DNA of 64,000 nt from an uncultured Actinomycetes bacterium (GTDB lineage: Bacteria; Actinomycetota; Actinomycetes; Streptosporangiales; Streptosporangiaceae), in assembly GCA_963747705.1 (NCBI GenBank), contig CAVVGF010000076.1, forward strand, positions 4,642-68,641, written 5' to 3'. Within the stretch, counting starts at the first letter, position 1. The number at the start of each line of letters is the position of its first letter. The notes below the pieces were generated by a model. The model worked only from the letters and a program-made list of their open reading frames with translations, did not search any database and was not told where the DNA came from. A program made the position numbers and the translations under genes. Shown piece after piece: positions 19,087 to 29,497 of the stretch.

Positions 19087-19686
19087 ATGCAGTTCACTAC
19101 ACGCGCGGTACGCCGCGGCCTGGCCGCGTTCGCCATGACCAGCGCAGCCGTCCTGGTGCCCACCGTCGCGCTGGCCGCGCCCGGCGGGCGGGCCGCCGCC
19201 ACCCGGCCAGCGGCCGACGCCCAGGCCGCGACGGCCGCCGCGCCGCAGTGCGCCACCAGCGCGCTCACCGTGTGGCTCGGCATCCCCGGTGACGGCGCCG
19301 CCGGGAGCATCTCCTACCAGCTCGAAGTGTCCAACACCTCGGCCCGGACGTGCACGCTGTACGGCTTCCCCGGGGTGTCCGCGGTCGGCCCAAACGGCGG
19401 CCAGCTGGGCCGGGCGGCGTCCCGCGACTACACGGACCCGATCCGCCTGGTGACGCTGCGCCGAGGCGCGACCGCGCACGTCCTGCTGAAGGTCGTGGAC
19501 ATGGGCAACTTCCCGCCGGCGTCCTGCCACCCGGCCGCCGCGGTGGCGCTGCGCGTCTACCCGCCGAACGACCGCCGGTCGCTCGAGGTGCCCCTCTCGT
19601 TCCGGGCCTGCCGGAAGAGCGGGCCGGTGTTCCTCTACGTACGGACCACGGTCGGCGGGGCCGGGATCCCGGGCTTCAGCCACTGA
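19087..19686 (+). CDS. Secreted DUF4232 domain protein
   Basis: ATG 19087 follows GGAGGAG. Signal peptide present. The C...TVWLG...Y.L.V.N.S...C.L.G.PGV pattern is typical of DUF4232. Confidence 0.7.
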   Translation: MQFTTRAVRRGLAAFAMTSAAVLVPTVALAAPGGRAAATRPAADAQAATAAAPQCATSALTVWLGIPGDGAAGSISYQLEVSNTSARTCTLYGFPGVSAVGPNGGQLGRAASRDYTDPIRLVTLRRGATAHVLLKVVDMGNFPPASCHPAAAVALRVYPPNDRRSLEVPLSFRACRKSGPVFLYVRTTVGGAGIPGFSH

Positions 19687-19718
19687 CGCTGCGGAAGCCC
19701 TGACCATGACTCCGGGGG

Positions 19719-20318
19719 TTACCGCCTGCGCTGGGCGGTAACCCCCGGCTGGTAACGCAGCCCGTCCATGAGCAGGTCGAGCAGCCGCCCGGCCTGGTCG
19801 CGCTGGGCCGGCTCACCGGCGGTCAGCGATACCCCGCTGAGGCTGGCCAGCACGTCGGCCGGGGCGGTGTCGCCGCGCACCGTGCCCGCCGCCGCGGCCG
19901 CGGCCAGCAGCGTGCCGATCGCGCCCAGCAGCGCGTCCCGGCTGTGCGAATACGGGTTCCCGCCGGCCGCGATGACCGCACGCAGCGCGCCGGCCATGCC
20001 GCGCTTGGCCGTCATGTAGTCGACGAACAGATCCATCCAGGTCCGCAGGGCCTGGTCCGGTGGCAGCTCGGTGAGCAGGCCGGGCACCGCGTCGCAGAGC
20101 CGGGCCAGTTCGCTGCGGTAGGCCGCCTCGACCAGCGCCTCCCGGGTCGGGAAGTGCCGGTACAGGGTGCCGATGCCAACCCCGGCGTCCCGGGCGATGG
20201 CCTCCAGCGTCACCTCGGCGTCATCATCCCGGGAGAAGGCCCGCACCGCGGCGTCCAGCAACCGGGCCCGGTTGCGCTGGGCGTCCGCCCGCAGCGGCCG
20301 CGCGTCGGTGCCCGTCAC
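19719..20318 (-). CDS. TetR/AcrR family transcriptional regulator
   Basis: 199 aa with HTH VTLEAIARDAGVGIGTLYRHFPTRE. Confidence 0.85.
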   Translation of the reverse strand: MTGTDARPLRADAQRNRARLLDAAVRAFSRDDDAEVTLEAIARDAGVGIGTLYRHFPTREALVEAAYRSELARLCDAVPGLLTELPPDQALRTWMDLFVDYMTAKRGMAGALRAVIAAGGNPYSHSRDALLGAIGTLLAAAAAAGTVRGDTAPADVLASLSGVSLTAGEPAQRDQAGRLLDLLMDGLRYQPGVTAQRRR

Positions 20319-20407
20319 CGGCCCTCTCTCCGGAGCGGCTCCCAGCCCTGCGCTCCCACTGCCTCCAGCCCAGAGCGGCTCCCAGCCCAGGGCGGCGATT
20401 TGCTAAA

Positions 20408-20454
20408 CGGAGGTTCCTCCGGTTAATCTCGTAGCCGTACCGGAGGATCCTCCG
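20408..20454. promoter_or_regulatory. Two palindromic operators (TetR-type) in divergent promoter
   Basis: CGGAGGTTCCTCCG (20408-20421) and the perfect palindrome CGGAGGATCCTCCG (20441-20454), between the TetR gene and the SDR gene. Confidence 0.55.
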
Positions 20455-20526
20455 CTTTCATCGTACCGGGCGGTACGCCCGGACGGCAGTACCGGTTGAG
20501 GCAGTACCGATCAAGACTGGGGAATC

Positions 20527-21493
20527 ATGACCATGAGCACGCCCATCACCACCCCGTTCGGCGCCACGTCCACCGCCGCCGAGGTGCTGGACGGCGTCGA
20601 TCTGACCGGCCGCCGGGTCATCGTGACCGGCGGCGGGTCGGGCATCGGCACCGAGACGGCCCGGGCCCTGGCCGGTGCGGGCGCCGAGGTGACCCTGGCC
20701 GTCCGTGACCTGGCCGCCGGGGAGCGCGCCGCCGAAGACATCACCGCCAGCACCGGGAACAAGCAGGTCCTGGTGGGCCGGCTGGACCTGGCCGACCAGG
20801 CGTCGGTGGCCGGGTTCGCGGCGGCCTGGGACGGCCCGCTGCACATCCTGGTGAACAACGCCGGCATCATGGCGTCGCCGCTGCTGCGCACGCCGCAGGG
20901 CTGGGAGATGCAGTTCGCCACCAACCACCTGGGCCACTTCGCGCTGGCGAACCGGCTCCACCCGGCGCTGGCCGCCGCGGCGCGCCGGGGGCGGGGCGGG
21001 GGTGCGCGGATCGTCTCGGTCAGCTCGTCCGCGCACCTGCGCTCGCCGGTGGTCTTCGAGGACATCCACTTCCGGCGCCGGCGCTTACGACCCGTGGACC
21101 GCGTACGGCCAGGCCAAGACGGCCAACGTGCTGTTCGCGGTGGAGGCGTCGAAGCGCTGGGCGGCCGACGGCATCACCGTCAACGCGCTGCACCCGGGCG
21201 GGATCCGGACCCGGCTGCAGCGTTACGTCACCGATGAGGAACTCGACCGGCTGCGCCGCCAGTCCACCGCGGAGCCCACCGCGGCCTGGAAGACGCCGGA
21301 GCAGGGCGCCGCGACCTCGGTCCTGCTGGCGGCCTCGCCGCTGCTCGACGGGGTGAGCGGCCGCTACTTCGAGGACTGCAACCAGGCCGGCCCGAACCAG
21401 CCGGGCAGCCGGCGCGGGGTGGCCGCCTACGCCCTCGACCCAGCCGCCGCGGCCCAGCTCTGGCAGGTCTCGGTGGACACGCTGGCCAGCTAA
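20527..21493 (+). CDS. SDR-family oxidoreductase (retinol-dehydrogenase/WWOX-like), apparent frameshift about 21080
   Basis: TGGGSGIG, NNAG and YGQAKTAN motifs. The frame switches inside CCGGCGCCGGCGC between ...VVFEDIHF and AYDPWTAYGQAK. Confidence 0.8.
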
Positions 21494-21507
21494 CGGCCAG
21501 CGGCCGC

Positions 21508-22499
21508 TCAGGGGTTGGGGATCTTGGCGATCAGGTTCGCGGCGTTGTAGCCCTGGTTTATCAGGCCGAAGTTCACCATCAGCGTGATGACTCGCTGCAG
21601 CGGCCCGGCCTGGGTTTCGGTCGGGAAGCCGGGCGCCGGGCAGCACCGATGCGGCCAGCTTGGGGACCCCGGCGAACGCGGTCATCGACTTCTGCACCGC
21701 GTCGAGGTCGGTGGCCGCGACGGCCTGGGCCTTCTCCATCGCGATCTTGAACGCCTCGGCGGTGTGCGGGTACTTGTTCAGCCAGGACTGGGTCACCACG
21801 TAACCCTCGATGGGCAGGCTCTCGGCCGCGCCCTGGTTGGCGTCGGCCAGCGGCTCGACGCCGTACTTCTCCTCGTACATCGCTGATGAACGGCTCGGGC
21901 AGCCAGGCCGCGGTGATCTTGTGCTCGGCCAGCAGCTTGCCCATGGCCGGGAACGGCTGGACGTTGTAGCGGACGCCGCTGACCTTCACCGCGTTGTCCT
22001 GGAGCATCGACGAGACCAGCAGTTGGCCGATGTTCTTCTTCGCGTTGAGCGTGATCGTCTGACCGGCCAGCTGGGCCATCTTGGTGATCCCCGAGTTCGG
22101 GGGGACCACGATCTCCTGGACGTTCGGCGCCATGGTCAACCCGGCCACCAGCACCTTGAGGAGCTTGAGCTTATCGTGCTGCTGCTGGTCGGCCAGGATG
22201 TAGGACGGGTAGGCGCCGGCCGTGATGTCAACCTTGCCCGCCTCCTGCTCATTGATAACGTCGGCGCTGCTGATGGCGGGCACGATCTGGACGTGCAGGC
22301 CCTCCTGGGCGAAGTACCCGCGCTGCTGCGCGATGTACAGGCCGGCCGAGTCCTCCGCGGGCACCGCCGCGACGATCAGGTTGGTCTTCTCCAGGCCACC
22401 CACCGCGCCGGAGCCGCCGCTGCCGCTGCACCCCGCCGCCAGCAATGCGGCCGCCGCGGCCACGCACAGGACACGGATGCGACCGGGTAGACGAGGCAT
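21508..22499 (-). CDS. ABC transporter substrate-binding lipoprotein (NMT1/sulfonate-nitrate-taurine type), two apparent frameshifts
   Basis: Lipobox LLAAGC-SG. Three frame segments join at about 21881 (..EPFIS / MYEEKYG..) and about 21632 (..VLPGA / PGFPTETQ..). The reconstructed end is ...IAKIPNP. Confidence 0.65.
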
Positions 22500-22852
22500 G
22501 GGGGGGCTCCCTGATAACAGTGGGTAACAGAGGAAGACTAAGCGATGGACCGGCGCGCCTCTACCGATACGTGCATCTTCGTCCCAGAGCTAGCACACTT
22601 GACCGGATAAGGCAGGCCGGATCGGATGCCGTGCCGCGGCTGTCGGGTCGCCGCCTGGGCGGGCCGGCCCCGGCCGGTCGTGTTCCAGCTGCACGGCCCG
22701 GGCCGGTCCGCAGAGCCTTTCCGGGCGGGTCCCGGTGCGCTGCGGGCAAAAGAGCTACACGCCAGCAGGCGACCAAACGCGTCATTGCCAGCGCCGTATT
22801 GGGGTGATCTAATCAGTAGTGGACACTATCGATCCACTGTGCCGGGAGAAGG

Positions 22853-23461
22853 ATGCCTAAGAGGAGCGTGTTTGGTCGCGGCCGAGACTTTCCGAAAGCA
22901 ATAGCCGTGGCTTCGATCGCGGCATTGGCAGCATTACTGCCGGCTACGCCGGGAAGCGCGACTAGCCGGGCAACCCAGCTAAGTGCTATGCATCATGCGT
23001 CGTCCTCCCTGCGCGGGCGGACCGTGGTCCTGGCCGGTCCGGTTGCTGGCGATATCTACAAGCTGAAGGACCTGGCTGACGGGTTCTGCCTGGACACGAG
23101 CGGCCTCGGACTCGGTGAAGAGGCCGCGGACGACCAGTGTGTCCAGGGCTCAGACGCGCAGAAGTGGAAGCTGCAGAGCACTACCAACGCCGGCTACTAC
23201 AAACTCGTGAATCAGGCCTCTTATGGCGGCTGTCTCGAAGAGATCAACAGTCAGAGCGGGGATGATCATGCGTTCGACGATACCTGCGCGGCTGGCGACG
23301 GCGCTGAAGAATGGGCGCTGCAAAGTACGACGACCTCAGGCTACTATAAGCTGGTCAATTTTGCTTACGGCTATTGCGCCCAAGCTGACGGGGTGATAGA
23401 CACCGTGGCCTGCGGGCAGGGCGCTACAGCGCAAAAATGGGAGTTCCAGGCCGCCTCGTAA
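22853..23461 (+). CDS. Secreted ricin-type beta-trefoil lectin domain protein
   Basis: Signal peptide present. Three QxW-type repeats (AQKWKLQ, AEEWALQ, AQKWEFQ). GC content and codon usage are visibly lower than the surroundings. Confidence 0.75.
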   Translation: MPKRSVFGRGRDFPKAIAVASIAALAALLPATPGSATSRATQLSAMHHASSSLRGRTVVLAGPVAGDIYKLKDLADGFCLDTSGLGLGEEAADDQCVQGSDAQKWKLQSTTNAGYYKLVNQASYGGCLEEINSQSGDDHAFDDTCAAGDGAEEWALQSTTTSGYYKLVNFAYGYCAQADGVIDTVACGQGATAQKWEFQAAS

Positions 23462-23492
23462 TGCCGGTGGCAGGCAGCTAAATTAGCGTGAG

Positions 23493-24518
23493 TCAGCGGT
23501 ACCGGGCCGGCGGGGCGGTGCTGTCCCTGACCACCAGCGTGGTGGCCAGCTCGACGTGCTGCGGCTCGCCGGCCCGGCCGCCCGGCCCGCTGCGCAGCAT
23601 CCGGAACGCAGTGGCGGCCATCGCGGCCAGTGGCTGCCGGATGGTGGTCAGCGCCGGGGTGGCCCAGGTCGCCACCGGCACGTCATCGAAGCCGGTCACG
23701 CTCAGGTCGGCCGGCGCACGCAAGCCTCGCTCGGCCAGCGCCTGCAGCACGCCGAACGCCTGGCTGTCGTTGCCGGCCACGATCGCGGTGGGCGGCTGCG
23801 GCAGGTCGAGCAGGTGCCCGCCCTCGCGACGGCCCTCGTCGATGCAGAAGTCGTCAGACCCGCGGACCAGCTCGGCCGGTGCGGGCAGGCCGGCCGCCTG
23901 CAGCGCGGCCCGGTACCCGGCCAGCCGGGCCCGGCTGGACCAGAGCCGTTCCGGGCCGGCGATGATCCCGATCCGGCAGTGGCCGAGCTCGATCAGGTGC
24001 CGGGTGGCGGCCAGGCCGCCCTGCCAGTTGGTGGTGCCCACGGACCTGATGCCGGCCCCCGGCTCCTCGGGCGGGTCGATCACCACCAGCGGGATGCGGG
24101 CCGCGGCCAGCCGCTGCAGCTCGCTGCTGTCCGGCAGCTGCAGCACGCACAGCGCGCCGTCGGTGCCCCGGCCGGCCGCCCGGTCCAGCCACCGGGTGAA
24201 CCCGGCCGGTGAGTCCACCGTGCTGACCACCACGCTGGCCCCGGACTCGTCGGCCGCCTGCACCGTGCCCTGCAGCAGTTCCTCGGCCCACGGGCTGTGC
24301 AGGTTGGCGATCAGCAGGTCCACCACGCCGAACCCGAGCCGGGAGGCCACCTGGTAGCCGTTCTCCCGTAGCAGCGCGGAGATCCGGGCCCGGGTGGCCG
24401 CGGCCACATCGGTCCGGCCGTTGAGCACCTTGGACACCGCGGAGACCGAGACGCCCGCCTCGGCCGCGATGTCAACCAGCGTGCTGCGGCCGGTGTCACG
24501 CGCCACGGGCCACCTCAC
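23493..24518 (-). CDS. LacI family transcriptional regulator
   Basis: 341 aa with N-terminal HTH TLVDIAAEAGVSVSAVSKVLNG and a periplasmic-binding-protein-like core. Confidence 0.9.
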   Translation of the reverse strand: MRWPVARDTGRSTLVDIAAEAGVSVSAVSKVLNGRTDVAAATRARISALLRENGYQVASRLGFGVVDLLIANLHSPWAEELLQGTVQAADESGASVVVSTVDSPAGFTRWLDRAAGRGTDGALCVLQLPDSSELQRLAAARIPLVVIDPPEEPGAGIRSVGTTNWQGGLAATRHLIELGHCRIGIIAGPERLWSSRARLAGYRAALQAAGLPAPAELVRGSDDFCIDEGRREGGHLLDLPQPPTAIVAGNDSQAFGVLQALAERGLRAPADLSVTGFDDVPVATWATPALTTIRQPLAAMAATAFRMLRSGPGGRAGEPQHVELATTLVVRDSTAPPARYR

Positions 24519-24528
24519 TTTTCGAAAG
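24518..24528. promoter_or_regulatory. LacI-type operator half/core palindrome
   Basis: CTTTTCGAAAG contains the palindrome TTTCGAAA and abuts the LacI start codon. Confidence 0.4.
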
Positions 24529-24608
24529 GATCAGGCACCCATCGTAACTGCATACTGCCTATTGACCGGGCCGGAGGGCCAATCTAGCCTGAGGTGACAA
24601 GCGAATAA

Positions 24609-24618
24609 TTTTCGAAAA
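24609..24618. promoter_or_regulatory. LacI-type operator palindrome
   Basis: TTTTCGAAAA is a perfect 10-bp palindrome about 40 bp upstream of the isomerase gene start at 24657. Confidence 0.45.
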
Positions 24619-24656
24619 GACTGACTGACTGCCTGACGCCCGAGGAGCCGGTCCGC

Positions 24657-25427
24657 GTGACTACCAGTAACCCGCCCGCCGTCCAGCTGTACACCGTCCG
24701 CGACCAGCTGGCCGCCGACCGGAAAGGCGTCCTGGCCCGGATCGCGGCCTTCGGCTACGGCGCGGTCGAGCCGTTCAGCATCCTCGACGACCCGGCCGGG
24801 CTGGCCGCCGACCTGGCCGCCGCCGGGCTGGCCGTGTGCAGCGTGCACGCCATCCCCGCCGGTGACCAGGCCAGCGACGTGATCCAGGCGGCCCGCACGC
24901 TCGGTGCGGGCACGGTCATCGTGCCCTACCTGCCACCGGACCGGTTCGCCGACGCCGGCACCGTGCGCGAGGTGGCCGCCGACCTGAACGGCATGGCCGC
25001 GCGGCTGGCCAGCGAGGGACTGCGGCTCGGCTACCACAATCACGACCACGAGCTGTCCTCGCTCATCGGGGGCCGGCCAGCGCTCGAAGTGCTGACCGAC
25101 CGGCTGGACGACGCGGTCATCCTCGAAGTGGACACCTACTGGGCCGCGGTGGGCGGGCAGGACGTGCCCGCGCTGCTCGGCCGGCTCGGCGACCGGGTCC
25201 GCTATCTGCACGTGAAGGACGGCCCGGTGACCAAGGATGACCCGATGACCGCGGTCGGCGCCGGGCGGATGCCGGTGGCCGAGATCCTGGCCGCGGCCCA
25301 GTCGGCCGAATGGCAGGTGGTCGAGCTGGACCGGTGCGCGACCGACATGCTGACCGCGGTCGGCGACAGCCTGGCCTGGCTGGCCGCGCAGGGCCTGGCC
25401 CAGCCGGTGGTGCGCGATGGCCGGTGA
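24657..25427 (+). CDS. Sugar phosphate isomerase/epimerase (xylose isomerase-like TIM barrel)
   Basis: 256 aa with AP-endonuclease-2/TIM-barrel family features (YHNHDHE, LHVKDG). Confidence 0.85.
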   Translation: MTTSNPPAVQLYTVRDQLAADRKGVLARIAAFGYGAVEPFSILDDPAGLAADLAAAGLAVCSVHAIPAGDQASDVIQAARTLGAGTVIVPYLPPDRFADAGTVREVAADLNGMAARLASEGLRLGYHNHDHELSSLIGGRPALEVLTDRLDDAVILEVDTYWAAVGGQDVPALLGRLGDRVRYLHVKDGPVTKDDPMTAVGAGRMPVAEILAAAQSAEWQVVELDRCATDMLTAVGDSLAWLAAQGLAQPVVRDGR

Positions 25428-26523
25428 GCCGGTGGGCGTGGCCGTCGTCGGCTGCGGCATCATCAGCGACGCGTACCTCAGCAACCTGACGTCGTTCCCC
25501 GATCTGCGCGTGCTGTTCTGCGCCGATCTCGAGCTGGAGCGGGCCAAGGCCCAGGCGGACAAATACGGTGTGCCCGGCGCAGGCAGCACCGCGCAGGCGG
25601 TCGGGCACCCCGATGTGGAGCTGGTGGTCAACCTGACCGTCCCCGCCGCGCATGCCGACGTGACCCGCCAGGCAGTGGCGTTGGGAAAAAATGTCTGGAT
25701 TGAGAAGCCGCTCGCCCTGGACACGGGAGAGGGGCGGGCGCTGCTGGCCGCGGCGGCCGGGGCCGGGGTGCGGATCGGCTGCGCGCCGGACACGGTGCTG
25801 GGCGCCGGGCTGCAAACGGCGCGGCGGCTGATCGCCGAGGGCGCCATCGGCGAGCCGCAGACCGCGCTGGCCCTCATGCAGGACCCCGGCCCGGAACGCT
25901 GGCACCCGGCCCCGGAGTTCTTGTTCCAGCGGGGCGCGGGCCCGCTGTACGACATGGGGCCGTACTACCTGACCACGCTGGCCAGCGTGTTCGGGCCGGC
26001 CACCTCGGTGGCGGCGCTCGGCCGCCGCAGCCAGGACCACCGGGTCATCGGCCGCGGCCCGCGGGCCGGGACCAGCTTCCAGGTGGACGTGCCTACATAT
26101 GTAGCTTCGCTGCTCAGCTACGCGGGCGGCGGCGCCGCCTCGGTGCTGTTCAGCTTCGACTCGCCGCTGCGGCGGCACGGCTTCGTGGAGATCACCGGCA
26201 CCGAGGCCACGCTGGCCATGCCCGACCCTAACCGGTTCGACGGCAACGTCCGGATCCGCCGGGCCAGCGACGACGAGTGGACGGCCATCCCGGCCGCCGG
26301 GCCCACCGCGGGCCGCGGCATCGGCGCCCTGGACATGGCCCGTGCGCTGCGGGCCGGAGTCCCGCACCGGGCCTCGGGCGACCTGGCCCTGCATGTACTG
26401 GACATCCTGGAAGCCATGGCCAGTTCACTGGCCGGGGGTACGTTCGAGCCGGTGCGCACCACGATCACGGTGCCGGACGTGCTGCCCGCGGGCTGGGACC
26501 CGCACACAAGCACGCTGACTTGA
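25417..26523 (+). CDS. Gfo/Idh/MocA family oxidoreductase
   Basis: 368 aa with the N-terminal Rossmann motif VAVVGCGIIS and EKPLAL. Confidence 0.9.
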   Translation: MAGEPVGVAVVGCGIISDAYLSNLTSFPDLRVLFCADLELERAKAQADKYGVPGAGSTAQAVGHPDVELVVNLTVPAAHADVTRQAVALGKNVWIEKPLALDTGEGRALLAAAAGAGVRIGCAPDTVLGAGLQTARRLIAEGAIGEPQTALALMQDPGPERWHPAPEFLFQRGAGPLYDMGPYYLTTLASVFGPATSVAALGRRSQDHRVIGRGPRAGTSFQVDVPTYVASLLSYAGGGAASVLFSFDSPLRRHGFVEITGTEATLAMPDPNRFDGNVRIRRASDDEWTAIPAAGPTAGRGIGALDMARALRAGVPHRASGDLALHVLDILEAMASSLAGGTFEPVRTTITVPDVLPAGWDPHTSTLT

Positions 26524-26537
26524 CGCCTGGAGGTCAC

Positions 26538-27713
26538 GTGGATCAGCCGCCGGCCCTGGGCGTGGGCATGGTGGGGTACGCGTTCATGGGCGCGGCCCAC
26601 TCGCACGCCTGGCGCACCGCCCCGCACGTGTTCGACCTGCCGCGCCGGCCGGTGCTGGCCGTGCTGTGCGGCCGGGACGAGGCGGCCACGCGGGCCGCCG
26701 CCGGACGCTACGGCTTCGCCGGCGTGGCCACCGACTGGCGCGCCCTGCTGGACCGCGACGACGTGCAGCTCATCGACGTGTGCACGCCCGGTGATTCGCA
26801 CGCCGAGATCTCCATCGCCGCGCTGGACGCGGGCAAGCACGTGCTGTGCGAGAAGCCGCTGGCCAACACGGTGGCCGAGGCCGAGGCGATGGCCGCGGCG
26901 GCGCAGCGGGCCCAGGCCCGGGGCGCGGCGGCCATGGTCGGCTTCAACTACCGTCGCGTGCCGGCCATCGCGCTGGCCCGCCAGCTGGTCGCCGACGGCC
27001 GGATCGGCGCGATCCGCCACGTCCGGGCCAGCTACCTGCAGGATTGGCTGGCTGACCCGGCCTTCCCGCTGACCTGGCGGCTGCAGCGCGAGCACGCCGG
27101 CTCCGGCGCCCTGGGCGACCTGGGCAGCCACATCGTCAACCTGGCCCAGCACCTGACCGGCCAGCTGATCACCGGCGTCTCCGCCGCCAGCACAACCTTT
27201 ATTTCCGAACGCCAGCTGGCCTCGGGGCCGCCGGGCCGCACCGGGGCCGTCACCGTGGACGACGCGGTCACGTTCACCGCGCGGCTTGGCCCCGGGACGC
27301 TGGCCACGTTCGAGGCGACCCGGTTCGCGGCCGGCCGGAAGAACGCGCTGCGCATCGAGCTGAACGGCGACCGCGGCAGTCTCGCGTTCGACCTGGAGCG
27401 ACTGAACGAGCTGGAGTACTACGACCGGGGCGAGGACAGCGCGACGGCCGGGTTCCGGCGGGTCCTGGTCACCGAGCCCGGCCACCCGTACCTGTCGGCC
27501 TGGTGGCCGCCCGGGCACGTGCTGGGCTGGGAACACACGTTCGTGCACCAGGTGCGGGATCTGGTGGCGGCCATCGCGGCGGACGCGGACCCGGCGCCGT
27601 CGTTCGCCGACGGCCTGCAGGTGCAGCGGGTGCTGGCCGCGGTCGCGGACAGCGCCGCCAAAGACAGTCAGTGGACCCCGGTCGCCGCGGCCGGGCCAGC
27701 GGTGGCCGGGTAA
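26538..27713 (+). CDS. Gfo/Idh/MocA family oxidoreductase
   Basis: GTG 26538 follows GGAGG. Motifs [11 protein letters not shown] and CEKPLA. The upstream part of the 478-aa track ORF overlaps the previous gene. Confidence 0.85.
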   Translation: MDQPPALGVGMVGYAFMGAAHSHAWRTAPHVFDLPRRPVLAVLCGRDEAATRAAAGRYGFAGVATDWRALLDRDDVQLIDVCTPGDSHAEISIAALDAGKHVLCEKPLANTVAEAEAMAAAAQRAQARGAAAMVGFNYRRVPAIALARQLVADGRIGAIRHVRASYLQDWLADPAFPLTWRLQREHAGSGALGDLGSHIVNLAQHLTGQLITGVSAASTTFISERQLASGPPGRTGAVTVDDAVTFTARLGPGTLATFEATRFAAGRKNALRIELNGDRGSLAFDLERLNELEYYDRGEDSATAGFRRVLVTEPGHPYLSAWWPPGHVLGWEHTFVHQVRDLVAAIAADADPAPSFADGLQVQRVLAAVADSAAKDSQWTPVAAAGPAVAG

Positions 27714-27720
27714 GGAGCCG

Positions 27721-28731
27721 ATGATGTCCCGATCGTTCACGTTGTTCACCGGACAGTGGGCTGACCTGCCGCTGGAAGAGGTCTGCCGGCTGGCCCGCGA
27801 CTGGGGGTATGACGGCCTCGAACTGGCCTGCTGGGGCGACCATTTCGAGGTGGACCGGGCGCTGGCCGAGGACGGTTACCTGGCCAGCCGGCACGCGCTG
27901 CTGGCCAAGTACGAGCTGCGCTGCTGGGCGATCTCCAATCACCTGGCCGGCCAGGCGGTCTGCGACCACCCCATCGACCAGCGGCACCAGGCCATCCTGC
28001 CCGCCCGGATCTGGGGCGACGGCGAGCCGGAAGGCGTACGGCAGCGGGCCGCCGCCGAACTGGCCGACACCGCCCGGGCCGCGGCCGCGTTCGGCGTGCA
28101 GACCGTGGTCGGCTTCACCGGCTCGTCGATCTGGCACCTGGTGGCCATGTTCCCGCCGGTGCCGCCGGAGATGATCGAGCAGGGTTACGCGGACTTCGCC
28201 CGGCGGTGGAACCCGATCCTGGACGTGTTCGACGCGGAGGGCGTCCGGTTCGCGCACGAGGTGCACCCGAGCGAGATCGCCTACGACTTCTGGACCACCC
28301 GGCAGGCGCTGGACGCGGTCGGCAACCGGCCCGCGTTCGGGCTGAACTTCGACCCCAGCCATTTCGTCTGGCAGGACCTGGACCCACTGGCTTTCCTGGC
28401 CGCCTACCGGGACCGGATCTATCACGTGGACTGCAAGGAAGCCCGGAAGCGGCTGGACGGCCGTAATGGCCGGCTGGGCTCGCATCTGCCCTGGGGTGAT
28501 CCCCGCCGGGGCTGGGACTTCGTCTCGGCGGGCCGGGGGGACATCGACTGGGAGGACATCTTCCGTATGCTCAACTCCATCGGCTACGAGGGGCCGATCT
28601 CGGTGGAGTGGGAGGACGCCGGGATGGACCGGCTGACCGGCGCGCCCGAGGCGCTGAGCTATCTGCGCCGGTTCGACTTCGAGCCGCCGCAGGCCTCGTT
28701 CGACGCCGCGTTCAGCCGCGAGACGCCGTGA
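27721..28731 (+). CDS. Sugar phosphate isomerase/epimerase (TIM barrel)
   Basis: 336 aa of the xylose-isomerase-like family ([18 protein letters not shown]). Confidence 0.85.
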   Translation: MMSRSFTLFTGQWADLPLEEVCRLARDWGYDGLELACWGDHFEVDRALAEDGYLASRHALLAKYELRCWAISNHLAGQAVCDHPIDQRHQAILPARIWGDGEPEGVRQRAAAELADTARAAAAFGVQTVVGFTGSSIWHLVAMFPPVPPEMIEQGYADFARRWNPILDVFDAEGVRFAHEVHPSEIAYDFWTTRQALDAVGNRPAFGLNFDPSHFVWQDLDPLAFLAAYRDRIYHVDCKEARKRLDGRNGRLGSHLPWGDPRRGWDFVSAGRGDIDWEDIFRMLNSIGYEGPISVEWEDAGMDRLTGAPEALSYLRRFDFEPPQASFDAAFSRETP

Positions 28732-28917
28732 CGCAGTTCATCGAGAACACAGTGCATCGCGGCGCATGTGGCTTAAAAAGTCCTTAATAACACCAGGTAA
28801 ATGCACGCTGCGTGTTCGCTAAAAAGCACGCATTACCATCTCCGCACGCCCTGCCGCTAAAAATATTGTGCGCTGCAAGAGTTGTATCAGCACAAGCGCA
28901 CTTGCGGAGGGTAATTC

Positions 28918-29469
28918 ATGCGAAAAGCCATACGCCGGATTTCAGCCGGCTTCCTGGGTGCCGGGATGATCGTGGCCATGACGGCGGGCGTCACCGCCGG
29001 GGCGGCCGGCGCGGCCACCAGGCCGGCCGCCGTCAGGTCCGCCCCGCACGCCGCGGTGAGCTGGCCCATCGTCAGCCGCGGCGCCGCCGGGGAGCGGGTG
29101 GTGACCATCCAGTACCTGCTCGGCCAGCGCGGCTACCGGCTCGCGGTGGACGGCCTGTTCGGCCCGGCCACCCAGGCGGCCGTGATGTCGTTCCAGCGCC
29201 GGAACAAGATCGTGGTTAGCGGGATCGTCGGCAATATCACCTGGCCGAAGCTGGTGGTCACGCTCAAGCTGCACAGCCGGGGTGACGCGGTGCGTGCGCT
29301 GCAGCACCAGCTCCGGTTCGCCTACGGGCATAAGAGCGTCGTCGTCGACGGCTTTTTCGGCCAGAAGACGCTCGCTGCGGTGCGTATATTCCAGCGGAAC
29401 CACAAGCTCACCGCGGATGGAATTGTCGGCAACGCCACCTGGAAGGCCCTGGTCCGCGGCAACCGGTAA
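28918..29469 (+). CDS. Secreted protein with two peptidoglycan-binding (PG_binding_1) repeats
   Basis: Signal peptide present. Two copies of the V..LQ..L......VDG.FG..T..AV..FQ motif. Confidence 0.8.
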   Translation: MRKAIRRISAGFLGAGMIVAMTAGVTAGAAGAATRPAAVRSAPHAAVSWPIVSRGAAGERVVTIQYLLGQRGYRLAVDGLFGPATQAAVMSFQRRNKIVVSGIVGNITWPKLVVTLKLHSRGDAVRALQHQLRFAYGHKSVVVDGFFGQKTLAAVRIFQRNHKLTADGIVGNATWKALVRGNR

Positions 29470-29497
29470 CCGCTGGCCCGCAGGGCCACGCCCAGTC

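Noticed and set aside
28873-28879. A single CTGCAAG hexamer (reverse of the Streptomyces MalR/Reg1 CTTGCAG box) upstream of the peptidoglycan-binding protein gene
   Set aside because: It is one isolated hexamer next to a gene unrelated to maltose or starch. It is more parsimoniously part of the ATTGTG..CAA motif noted separately.
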